Below, one piece after another: positions 1 to 11,171 of a stretch of 64,000 bases of DNA. Under the pieces are notes generated by a model. That model worked only from the letters and a program-made list of their open reading frames with translations, did no database searches and had not been told where the DNA came from. Position 1 is the stretch's first letter, and every line of letters begins with the position of its first letter. The DNA lies in assembly GCF_035594765.1 (NCBI RefSeq), contig NW_026943821.1, positions 17,639,608 through 17,703,607 on the forward strand, in the 5' to 3' direction. This DNA is from Anolis carolinensis (taxonomy: Eukaryota). A program made the position numbers and the translations under genes.

Positions 1-616
1 GACACGACTGGACTTAACGTCAGGGGAAACCTTTACCTTTACTATATATTACATATAATATTACAGTATAGTGGTATAGTTCAATATAGTAATATATAAT
101 GCTAATATTGTGCTATGCTAATAATATAATATATTGTATGTACATAGAGCTGCTCTGAGTCCCCTTTGTGGTGAGAAGGGTGGGATATAAATGTAGTAAA
201 TAAATGCAGTAAATAAATAATTAATTTTGGACTTAGGTTCAGCCAAAGGCTGAAATGACTTGAAGGCACACAACAACAACAACCCTAATTCACTTAACTA
301 TCTCATTGGCCAGAAGCAGGCCCACACTTTCCATTGAAATCCTGATAGGTTTATGTTGGTTAAAATTGTTTTCATTTTAAAATATTGTATTGTTCTTTCA
401 TTGTTGTTGTTGCTGTTTTGCAACATGTGCAGTGTGCATAGGAATTTGTTCGTATTTCTTTTTTCAAATGATAATTCGGCCCCTCAACAGTCTGAAGGAT
501 TGTGGACCGGCCCTCTGCTTCAAAAGTTTGACCCCTGGACTAGCTAGACCAGAATTCCCTATTGTGTATCAAGAAATGTGCACCCTAATTATTTATCCAA
601 ATCGGTCTCATTCTCG

Positions 617-810
617 TGTCAAAGGCTTTCACAGCCTGAATTACTGTGGTGTTGTGTGGTTTCCGGGCTGTATGGTTCTGTTCTTGCAGCATTTTCTCTT
701 GATGTTTCGCCTTCGAGCCTCTGAAGATGTCAGCCACAGATGGAGGCGAAACATCAGGAGAAAATGCTGCTAGAACACGGACATACACCCCGGAAACCAC
801 ACAACACCCC
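617..810. mobile_element. Penelope-like element terminus in inverted (fold-back) arrangement
   Basis: GGTGTTGTGTGGTTTCCGGG... pairs with ...CCCGGAAACCACACAACACC; same terminus as other Penelope copies. Confidence 0.7.
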
Positions 811-1230
811 AACAAAGTCTCATTATTGTGCAGATGATAACTTTATTGGTATAAAACAGCAAAATATTTTGCAGATGTTATATAAGAGCAAAAAAAAAAA
901 AGTACAAATTGGCGAAAGCAATTACACTTTACATTATTGTCTGGGTTAAACAATTGACCACATTTACAAGGTTTACATAGTGAAATTTGGCATGGTGCAG
1001 TGTTAATTGCCTAACGTCACATCGCTGTTCAAACACTCTGAGTGTTCCTTAGTTCATTAATTACGACATTTCTTCATAGTGTCCTCATGCTTGTTCTTGG
1101 GAAGTATCCAATTTCCTAGCTCTTATCCATTCAGGTATAAACAGTTTTTATTGCTTCCTCATACTGCCAAGCCCTCTAATTCCCGTACAAAGATGTCTGA
1201 GCAAATGGTCTGTTTCTAAAACTCTATATA

Positions 1231-1542
1231 GGTAAAAGTAAAGGTTCCCCCCCCAAAATTAAGTCTAGTCATGTCCGACTCCATTTCTAAGCCGAAGAGT
1301 CAGCATTGTCCATAGACACCTCCAAAGTCATGTAACCGGCATGACTGCATGGAGTGCCGTTACCTTTCTGCCGGAGCAGTACCTATTGATCTAATCACAT
1401 TTGCATGTTTTCAAACTGCTAGGTTGGCAGAAGCTGGGGGTAATAGCAGAAGCTCACCACGCTCCCCAGATTCGAATCGCCGACCTTTTGGTCAGCGAGT
1501 TCAGCAGCTCAGTGGTTTAACCCGCTGTGCCATCAGGGCTCC
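1231..1542 (-). mobile_element. Sauria SINE (internally deleted)
   Basis: tRNA-like head GGAGCCCTGATGGCACAGCGG...GGTCGGCGATTCGAATC, core CAAATGTGATTAGATCAATAGGTAC, ACCTTT tail. Confidence 0.85.
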
Positions 1543-1576
1543 TATATATCTAGAGTGATATAGAAAACTCTATATA

Positions 1577-2030
1577 TCTATATATATAAAAGAGTGATGG
1601 CATCATGGCGACCCACAAAACAACAAAACTACAGGCCCCCCAACCTCAAAATTTGACAACACAACCCATTATCCATGCCTCTAGGTTGATACAACAAAAA
1701 GAAAAGAAAAATAAAGTCCTAATTTGAGAGAGAGGAATAATTGCTTTTATCCAATTGCTGCCAGTTAGAAGGCTAAGCTCCTCCAACTTGGTCTCCTAGC
1801 AACCCAATAAAAAATAATAAAAAACACTAAAAATTAATACAATAAAATACTATAATAACAGAAAATAACTAAAAATAATACAAGAAAATAATAAAATATA
1901 ATAAATAAAAATATAACTTACAATAAAATTAATAAAAAATTGCAAATAACATCAAATAAAAATTACACAACAATTTTTAACCAATACCACCACCACTTTG
2001 CCACAGCAACGCGTGGCCGGGCACAGCTAG
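1577..2030 (+). mobile_element. Non-autonomous Helitron-like element
   Basis: 5' TC after A, subterminal hairpin CCACAGCAACGCGTGG, 3' CTAG followed by T, no TSD. Confidence 0.7.
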
Positions 2031-2486
2031 TCACTCTATATTCCATAACACAGTTGCATGTCTTATGTTGATATTTATGACATGACTTCTAAGGAGCCCT
2101 GATATTGTGCTTTCCTATCACTCCCTTCATATCCAGCCAGCATAGATAGTGTAGCCATTGCGGTCATGGCAACTGTAGTTCAACACATCTGGAAAAGTCA
2201 AACAATCTTTGGATGTCATCCAACATGGCTCACACATATATTTCCTACAAAGGCCTGACTTCACTCACTTACAAGGTTAACACCAACAATTTTAGGATAC
2301 AAAGCACAGAACAAGACTATTTCTTCCATTCCATTGTCTTCTGTTTTGTTTAATTCATCCTACTCAATCCCATGAGTGAGTGTAATGGGAGGGAGCCCCC
2401 TACTGGCAGGATATATATGACATTCCATCAAATTACCAAACGAATTAAAATGAATGATTTTTAAAAAAAATCTGTAATGATTTTGT

Positions 2487-3527
2487 GCAGTTGAAGGCTT
2501 TCATGGCCGGAATCACTAGGTTGTTGTAAGTTTTCCGGGCTGTATGGCTATGTTTCAGAAGCATTCTCTCCTGATGTTTCGTCAGGCATCCTCGGAGGTT
2601 GTGGGGTCTGTTGGAAACTAGGCAAGTGGGATTTATATTTCTGCGGAATAATGTCCAGGGTGGGAGAAAAGCCTCTTGTCTGTTGGAGGCAAATGTGAAT
2701 GTTGCAATTGGCCACCTTGATTAGCACAGAATGGCCTTGCAGCTTCAAGACCTGGCTGCTTCCTGCCTGGGGGAATCCTTTGTTCAACCAGAGAATTCAG
2801 CCAGAGCAGAGCACTGGATGAACCAACCTGGATGCAGCATATTGTTTGAGGACACAGAAATGCTGGACCACTTTCACAACCACCATGTCAGACCGCACCA
2901 GTGATTTTCAACCCAGCAGAGGACAAAAATCCGGTCCGCGAGCTTCCTTCCCCTTTATTTATTTATTTTATTAATTTCTGCTTCTTTCCGCAGAGCTGGC
3001 CATTGCATTGTATAGACCACATCAGCTCTAGATTATTAAATATGTTTTTCTATGGGCAAGCAGATGGTGACTACTAGATGGCATATGTTCTGTGTATCAA
3101 AAACTAAAGCTGATGTCGTCTATCCAATGCAATTTTCTGAATCAGCACCCCAAATAACCAAACTGAATCTAAAGTTGACCAAAAACTGATTTTTAACCCT
3201 TTTGGCACTAATGTTGGAGAGTGGTCCCTGGTAAAAAAAAGGTTGGAAACCACTGGACTACACACCCGGGTCCTATGATACACTGAAGTACAAGTCTTTA
3301 CCTATCTTTTAATTGATTATGTCTACTTCACAGGTAGATTACTATATTGGTCTCCTTCGTGCTGATTGGTACTGTAACTGTGTTCATTTTTAGATTGAAT
3401 TGTTTTTACTGCTGTTTTATGACATTGTTTTTAATATATTTGTTTGTTCATGCCATTGTATGTTGTTTTGACAACTGACTGTTTTGTACATGCTGTAAAC
3501 CACCCTGAGTCCTCCCGAGGAGAAGGT

Positions 3528-3579
<52 letters not shown>

Positions 3580-4040
3580 ACAGAGAAGCGACTGAAATCC
3601 ACAAGCATGTGGACAATTTTAATAGAAAGGAGGAAACCATGAAAATAAACAAAATCTGGCTGCCAGTATTTAAAAAAAAATCTAAAATCAGGACAGTAAA
3701 TAAAAAACAGCACTCAGAAAACAAGGGAATTCCAGGCATGAAACAATCAGGGCCAGCTAACACCTCCCAACAAAGGATTCCCCCCAGGCAGGAATCAGCA
3801 GGTTTTGAAGCTGCAAGGCTATTCAGTGCTAATCAAAGTGGCCAATTGCAACATTCACACTTGCCTCAAGCAGACAAGAGTTTTTTCTCCCACCCACATT
3901 CCACAGATATATAAACCTCACTTGCCTAGTTTCCAACAAACCTCACAACCTCTGAGGATGCCTGCCATAGATGTGGGCGAATCGTCAGGAGAGAATGCTT
4001 CTGGGCATATCCCAGACAGCCTGGAAACTCACAGCAACCC
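2487..4040 (+). mobile_element. Penelope-like retroelement with inverted 5' segment (2487-2785), interrupted by a hAT MITE and other inserts
   Basis: GIY-YIG C-terminal remnant (AEHWMNQPG..ILFEDTEMLDH...HREATEIHKHVDNFNRKEETMKINKIW); 3' terminus 3760-4040 is the reverse complement of 2520-2785. Confidence 0.8.
2899..3255. mobile_element. hAT-type MITE nested in Penelope
   Basis: TIRs CAGTGATTTTCAACC / GGTTGGAAACCACTG; decayed 8-bp TSD GACCGCAC / GACTACAC. Confidence 0.7.
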
Positions 4041-4149
4041 ATTTATTTATTTCCTGCCTCTCTTTTCAGCTTGAGGCGGGACACAACGCGGACAAATACA
4101 CTGATTAGCTTTGGTGAGCCTTCAGCTTCAAAGCCTGCCTGGGGAATCC

Positions 4150-4233
4150 TTTGTTGGCCGGAAGAGCCCGTGGAGGGCGCGGGGCCTTCTGGGATCTGTA
4201 GTCTCCGCGCTCCTGGCTGCTTCCGGAGGCGCG
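4150..4233 (+). promoter_or_regulatory. CTU1 CpG-island proximal promoter / 5' region
   Basis: ETS-type CCGGAAG (4158-4164) and ACTACAnnTCCCA (ZNF143/THAP11-type) motif on the minus strand (4190-4202) at the edge of a CpG island. TSS not determined. Confidence 0.5.
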
Positions 4234-6520
4234 ATGCCGGGCGCGGGGCCTTGCGAGGGCTGCCGGGGGGCGGCTCGGGCGTGCGTGCGGCGGCCCAAGA
4301 CGGGCCAGGCGCTGTGCCGCTCCTGCTTCGCGGCGGCCTTCGAGGCGGAGGTGGCGTCCACCATTGCGGCGGGGCGGCTCTTCCGGGCCGGGGAGACGGT
4401 GGCCATCGGGGCCTCGGGAGGGAAGGACTCGGCGGTGCTGGCGCACGTGCTGCGGGCCCTGAACGAGCGGCTGGGCTACGGGCTGCGCCTGGTGCTGCTG
4501 GCCGTGGACGAGGGCATCGCCGGCTACCGGGACGCCTCCCTGGCCGCCCTCCGCCGCAGCCAGCGCCGCCTCGGCCTCCCGCTCCGCGTGCTCTCCTACC
4601 AGGAGCTCTTCGGGTGGAGCATGGACCGCATCGCCCGGCACCTCGGCGCCCGCAACCACTGCACCTTCTGCGGCGTCTTCCGGAGGCAGGCCCTCGACCG
4701 CGGAGCCGCCCTCCTCGGCGCCCACAAGATCGCCACCGGTGGGTCCGCCTTGCCCCCAAAATGAAGCCCACCTTAACATGGGTTCCCCCCTCCAAAAAAA
4801 GTCCACCTTAACACGGGTTTCTCCCAAAAAACAAGTCTACCTTAAAATGGGTTTTCCCAAAAAAGAAGTCCACCTTCACGTGGGTTCCCCCCCCCTTAAA
4901 AAGTTCACCTTAACATGTTTCCCCCCCTAAAAGTAGTCCACCTTAATATGGGTTTCCCCCCAAAAAAGAAGTCCACCTTAACATCTGTTTCCCCCCAAAA
5001 AGAAGTCCACCTTTACACAGGTTTTCCCCCCAAAAAGTCCACCTTAACATGAGTTTCCCCAAAAAATAAGTCCACCATTACATAGGCCCCCCAAAAGTCT
5101 GTCTTAAGTGTTTCCCTCAAAAAGAAGTCCACCTTAACATATGTTTTTCCCAAAAAGAAGTACATCTTAATATGGGTTCCCCCTCCCCCAAGAAGTCCAC
5201 CTTCACACGGGTTTCCCCCTTAAAAAGTCCACCTTAACACGAGTTTTCCACCCTAAAAGAAGTCCACCTTGATATGGATTTCCCCCCAAAAAAGAAGTCC
5301 ACCTTAACATGGGATTCCCCCAAAAAGAAGTCCACCTTAACCTGAGATTCCTCAAAAAATAAGTCCACCATTACATAGGTCCTCGTCCCCCCAAAAAGTC
5401 TGTCTTAAGTGTTTCCCTCAAAAAGAAGTCCACCTTAACACAAGTTTTTCCCAAAAAAAAGTCCACCTTAACACGGGTTTCCCCCAAAAAGAAGTCCACC
5501 TTAAAATGGGTTTCCCCCAAAAAGAAGTCCACCTTAAAATGGGTTCTCCCAAAAAAGAAGTCCACCTTAAGATGGGATTCCTCCCACCCCCTTAAAAAGT
5601 CCACCATAATATGGGTTTCCCCTCCTAAAAGAAGTCCACCTTAACATGGGATTCCCCCAAAAAGAAGTCCACCGTAACACAGGTTTTTCCCAATAAGAAA
5701 TCCACCTTAAAATGGGTTTTCCCCCAAAAGAAGTCCACCTTAACATGTGTTTCCCCCCAAAAAGTTCACCTTAACATGTGTTTCCCCCCAAAAAACCCAC
5801 CTCTTCCAACGCTATGGTTCTCTTCATGTGTTGTTCATCCACAGCCCAACCCTTGCTGCAAGGACTGACTTGCCTGCCTCTGCGTTCTGGGGGGAGACAG
5901 GGACGGTCTGTGCTCCATCCAATTCCTTCTATTGCTTTTGGACTTGTTTCCTAGGTCATAACGCCGACGACGTTGCGGAGACGGTGCTGATGAATTTCCT
6001 GCGAGGAGACGTGGGCCGGCTCCGGCGCTGTACGGAGATCATGACGGGGAGCGAGGGGGCGCTGCCGCGTTGCAAGCCCTTGAAGCACGCCTACGAGAAG
6101 GAGATCGTGCTCTATGCCTACTTCCAGGGCTTGGACTACTTCAGCACCGAGTGCGTGTACTCCCCCAACGCTTACCGCGGCCATGCCCGCACTTTGCTCA
6201 AAGACCTCGAGGCCACGCGTCCCAGCACGGTGGCCGATTTGGTGCACTCGGGCGAGCGGCTGGCCCTCCGCGAGGACGTCCGCATGCCCACCCAGGGCAC
6301 GTGCCAGCGTTGCGGCTACCTCTCTAGCCAGGCCCTCTGTAAAGCTTGCGTGCTGCTCGAAGGGCTCAACCGAGGTCTCCCGAGGCTGGCTATTGGGAAG
6401 CCTAGCCGGCTCCAGAAGGCTCTCTTGATGGACGGGGAGCAGCCAGAAGCAAACGCTCAGGAAGAAGAACAAGAAGATTCTCGACAGAGAAGCCACGGCC
6501 CAATGACAATAGATTTCTGA
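4234..6520 (+). CDS. CTU1: Cytoplasmic tRNA 2-thiolation protein 1; coding exons 4234-4738 and 5955-6520 (356 aa)
   Basis: N-terminal CEGC/CRSC zinc motifs, PP-loop [28 protein letters not shown]|HNADD joined across a phase-1 GT-AG intron (G|gtgggt ... cctag|GT), [18 protein letters not shown]-terminal CQRC/CKAC. CpG-rich exons. Confidence 0.96.
4755..5802. repeat. Minisatellite, about 33-bp unit, about 32 copies, filling the CTU1 intron
   Basis: Unit approximately AAAAAGAAGTCCACCTTAACATGGGTTTCCCCC, repeated head to tail with variable A and C runs. Confidence 0.95.
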
Positions 6521-6895
6521 GCCTGAACTCTCAACCACAGTGGCCTTTCCTGCTGAGATAAAGCTTTCATTACCTTGAAAGGTAAATAGTTACCAATTTC
6601 ATGCCTATTGATTAACTGTGTAGATCAGAGATGGGGAATCTGTCCTCCCAGCAGTTGTTGGACTGTATCTCCTATCAACCACAGCATTGATAGTAATGAA
6701 GGGTTCTGAGTTACAGGCCAACAATAACTGAAGGGACATGGGCCACCCTCCCGTAGTGCACCTTTGCACCTTATTAGCTATGTGTGGTTCTCTAAATGTG
6801 GAGTATATTCTGTGGATGTACTCCTCAGGATTGTTGGCTGTTGTAGTTCAATGACATTTGGAGGGTCACGTATTTCCAGCTCATGGTCTACACAA

Positions 6896-6901
6896 AATAA
6901 A
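6896..6901 (+). terminator. Candidate CTU1 polyadenylation signal
   Basis: AATAAA about 375 nt after the stop codon. Confidence 0.5.
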
Positions 6902-8089
6902 TGGTTTTCTTAACTGATGAAGTTGACAGAGATACAACAGACCTGAACATCTGTTGTAAAATGGCTATTCTCAGATGGATTGGGGACAGTTTTCTTTCTG
7001 AATTTTTAAAAATGATATTAAATCTGAATTTTAACTATTAACTTGTATTTCATCTTTCTTTCTTGCCTAGACACTTGGATTTGGGGAAAATGATTGAGCT
7101 GCTTTATACTAGAGCAGATTGTTTATCCTTCTCACCCAGTATTGCCTAATTGGACTGGCAGGTGTCTCACCTGCTGCCACAGAAGTAAAGAATTTGAATT
7201 TGTTGGACTCTCAATCCCATTAGCCCCAACTTGTTATTATCAGTAACTTAAAACATATAGAATTGCTCTTTCTACATGTTATCCACTATTTTCAATCTAG
7301 GTTTCTACTCGTTTTTATGGCCAATGTTCAGGGGTGGTTGGAAAAGCATATATTCTCCATCTACTTAAATCAGCAAGTGGGCAATATATGATCTCCAACA
7401 TGTTAGTCTACAATTCTCATAATCCATATTGGCCATGTTTACTGGCACATAATAGCATTTTCACGTTAGAAATTAATTTGTAGGTAGTGTAGTTCAGTTC
7501 AAGGCAGGACACCATCCCTGACAGATAGCTGCCTAGCCTATTTGTTTCCAGTGAAACTCCGAAAAAGAATATTGTATCATGGTTTGAATGTTAAAATTTG
7601 GACTTTGGTTTGGATCCCTGGGTGATGTTGGACAAATCACCTTCTGTCAGTTTTAGAAGAAAGCATTGAGAAAACCTTGCCAAGAAAATAATAAGTGAAG
7701 ACACACAACAATTACACCGAAGGAAGAATTTCAAGAAAAGGCAGAATATGCAGTACCTAGTAAGTGGCTGAGAATCCACCATCTCGCAAAACAGACCTGC
7801 TACCAAATAATTTTTACTGTCAGGAGGTGCCTCCAAATGATTATCCAGAAACTGCTTGCCAGCAGGTCATACCAGCGAAACTTTTCTGCACCTTGCCTTA
7901 TGCACTGTACTTATTTTCAAATTAACCTCTTCTCTTGTTTATTTTTTGTCACAGTTCTAATCACCTTCTTTAAGGAAGGGGGGGGGATTATTCTGTCTTT
8001 CATCCCGCATTGAAAGGGGCTCCTGTCTCTTCCCCCACATGAGAATAGAGCCAAGACGCAAAGGCCTGATCATGTTTTGATTTCACACA

Positions 8090-8095
8090 TTTATT
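8090..8095 (-). terminator. Candidate KLK-like polyadenylation signal
   Basis: AATAAA on the minus strand about 35 nt after the stop codon; short 3'UTRs are typical of trypsin-family genes. Confidence 0.65.
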
Positions 8096-8129
8096 AGGGA
8101 ATATCCACCTAACCATTACTGCTTTGGTG

Positions 8130-11100
8130 TCAGTTTATCTGCATGGTTTCTTCTATCCACTTGGAGAATTTGCAGATCTCTGTATAAGCAGCAGGTTTAT
8201 TCTTTTCTCCGCAGTTCTTAGGTCCCCATGAGACGACGCCATGAAGGGTCCCATTGCACACCAAAGAACTCCCAGAATCGCCCTGTAGATTCACCAGCAT
8301 AAAATGGTCATTGTCCAAGCAGGATGGGATTTTCAAAATTATTGACTCTATGCAAATTGCCTACTGAAAATACTTTGTCGAAGAAGGCAGAAGCTTCAGA
8401 GTTTAGGATAAACAAGGTTACTTATATGTAAACTAAACCAAAAATATTATTTCCCGCACAAAGTATGCAGCAGAAACAGTGCGCCTTGCAGCGCCTTAAA
8501 GACCAAGTTTTATTTTCTTATAAGATTTGTGAACTGCAATTCATGTCTTCAGAAACCAACCCCAGATTAAAGTGACGCTTATACTCAGGCAAATATGGGT
8601 ATACTTTAAGGTTGCAGCTTTGCTATAGTGTTTTGCCTTGTAAGATGAAAAGAAATAGCTGTGACCATTTGAATAAGGTAAGAAACTATAGTGTTTGGTA
8701 ATGTGTTCTTTTCTTCGCCAAAGCAGGACCATTTTATAAGCAGAACTATCCCATGAATATTTGAGGTAAAAGGTTTCTCTCTCTCTCTGGTAACACCCAG
8801 ATGATCAAGTTTCTATATATGCAAATACTTCTCAAAACTAGAGTTTGGAAAGTTACTTTTTCAAAATTTAGAATTTCAACATCCCCCAGTAATTGTAATC
8901 CTAGAAGCAGTGGTTACTATCATAATGATTATAAAATCTTGCCCTGTAGCATAAGACTTTGATTATTTTAAATATTAAAACATGTTAACAAGTTAAAGTA
9001 TGTTTGAAAAATTAAAACATTTTAGAACCATGTGCATAAGCCTTTGGGAGAAAAACATTTCAGTACAAAGGCAGTCCGTATTCAGTCTGTTTTTGTCACT
9101 TACCCGGCATGAATCTTTCCCTCCTTCTATTGCTCCGGCACAAATGTGGTTGTCATTAAAGAGGCTCCCATATGTAGCGTTGCATATATTTTTTGACAGG
9201 ATGCTGATCTCTAAACACTGCAGGCGATAGGCATAATTTACTGCAAGATGAATCCTCAAGTGAGTGGATCATGCAGAGAGTCTACTGTTTTGCATCAGGT
9301 TGCTTCTTCTCTAACACTACATTCCCAGCTATCCCCCCTTATCTGGAAAGAATATGAAGAAATTAGGGATGGGGAAGGAATGAACAAACTCCCAGTTGTA
9401 AATGGGTTCCCATCTCTTGGTTGCACCTGACTATTGGTTAATAGGAATTTATATTGAAAATACTCAGTTTTTCTGCTGTGTGCCAACATATGATTTCCAA
9501 CTTAACAGCAAACCTATGGAGTTTTCTCAGTCTTTGCCCTTGCCTTTCTCTGAGGCTGAGAGAGCGAGTCTCCTCAGGGAGATAGGGCAGAATACAAATA
9601 AAATGGTTGTAATTATTATTATTATTTCATGTCAGGAGCGACTTGAGCAACTGCAAGTCGCTTCTGGTGTCCTACTATACCCAACGAAGCAAAACTGGAA
9701 GTCCACATCCAATTGTGTAGCAACAAAGTGCAGGGGAGACTGAATCTTACTTTAAATGAGAGTTTCTAGTACTGGAGATTTCCAAAAGCAACCCTCCCTT
9801 TAAAGGAGACTTCCAGTGAGATCAGATAATTATGGGGTAAAGGAAGAAGAACGGAAGTCAACAATTTTTCTTTTTCTCTTTTTTTATTTTTTATTTTATT
9901 TTTTAAATTTTTTTATTTTTATTATTATAATTATAATTCTTTTCCCCCCTCTTTTTTTGGTGTGTGTGTGTGGTTTTTTTTTGGAGGGTGGTAGGTAGGG
10001 GGAACTTCGATTATTGTTCTCTACTCACTTTTCTTTACTTTCCTTTAAAATTTGTTCTCACTCTTTTGCTGTACAGTCTTGAAAATTCTAATAAAAATTA
10101 TTTATTTTTAAAAAAGGAGACTTCCAGTGGAAGGGTCTGGGTAAATGCAAAAGACAGACCAATGACACCTGTCCATCTGTTCTCTAAAGCACTGCTTCTT
10201 CAACTATGAATCCCAACCTCAAAAGTAGCCCCTGAACTCAATGTCAGAGTCACAAAAAATTGGCAGCAATAAAAAGTTCCTGTATGCCACTCACTTATAC
10301 AATTCTGTTAGCAACAGCTCTCGTTGTTCAGTGTGGACTCTGCAGAAGATAACTTCACAAAAAAGGGACATCAGCCTGTTTAGCAAGCCTTGCAAATGAT
10401 GGCTGATGATCAGTACATGTTTGATTTTAATACCTCCTTAATATTCCTATATGCCTTGGTCATGTAAAAAGTTCAAGAAGCCCTACTTCAGAATGAATGA
10501 AGAACACTTAGTCATTCCTCTTACCTGCAGGGAAAGTAGTGGTGCCCCATCCTGAGACCACACACTTTGCTCCAACAGGTATGCATTCTTTAGCCACTGG
10601 GACTGTCTTAACGTACTCCCCAAGGATAGCAGGGGTATCCAGGCGCACAAGCATGATATCGTTCTTGAGGGTGTTAGGCTCGTACTCCGGGTGGCGGATG
10701 AGCTTGGCTACTTTGGAGGACTGTTCCCCATCATCATGCTTACGCAGGTCATGCTCCCCAATATGGACTGTGAGGCCTCTGCAAGGAAGACAGTAGCCAA
10801 GAGTTGTGTACAACAAAAGGCAAGGAGTGTAAATACAGAGGGAAGTGGGTAAGGCAAATAGTATTTAGAATTATGCATTAATAATTATACTTTAATCACA
10901 CTGTGCAACACTTTGGTTGAATTGAAGCATTGTAAAACTGAACCAAGACATTAAATCTGCAGCCAACTGCACAATAAATGTACTCCCATGCACATTCATG
11001 TGCAGAAATACTGCCTGCACCATTTCCTTCTACATCAGAAGTCCCCAAACTTTTAAAGCTGGGGGCCAGTTCACGATCCCTCAGACCATTGGAGGGCCGG

Positions 11101-11140
11101 ACTATAGTTGGCCAGGTGACCACCGAACAACAACAACAAC

Positions 11141-11171
<31 letters not shown>

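Noticed and set aside
840-1230. 3'UTR-like stretch with a minus-strand AATAAA
   Set aside because: No associated coding exon is visible; the hexamer is common in AT-rich DNA.
4043-4827. Overlapping 240-250 aa ORFs on both strands
   Set aside because: Shadow frames of the GC-rich CTU1 exon; Arg/Pro/Gly-rich with no domain. The same applies to the alternative ORFs at 19211-19959 and 58625-59278.
4755-5802. CRISPR-like look (constant core with variable intervening sequence)
   Set aside because: The intervening segments are related to each other rather than unique, there are no cas genes, and it lies in a vertebrate intron; it is a minisatellite.
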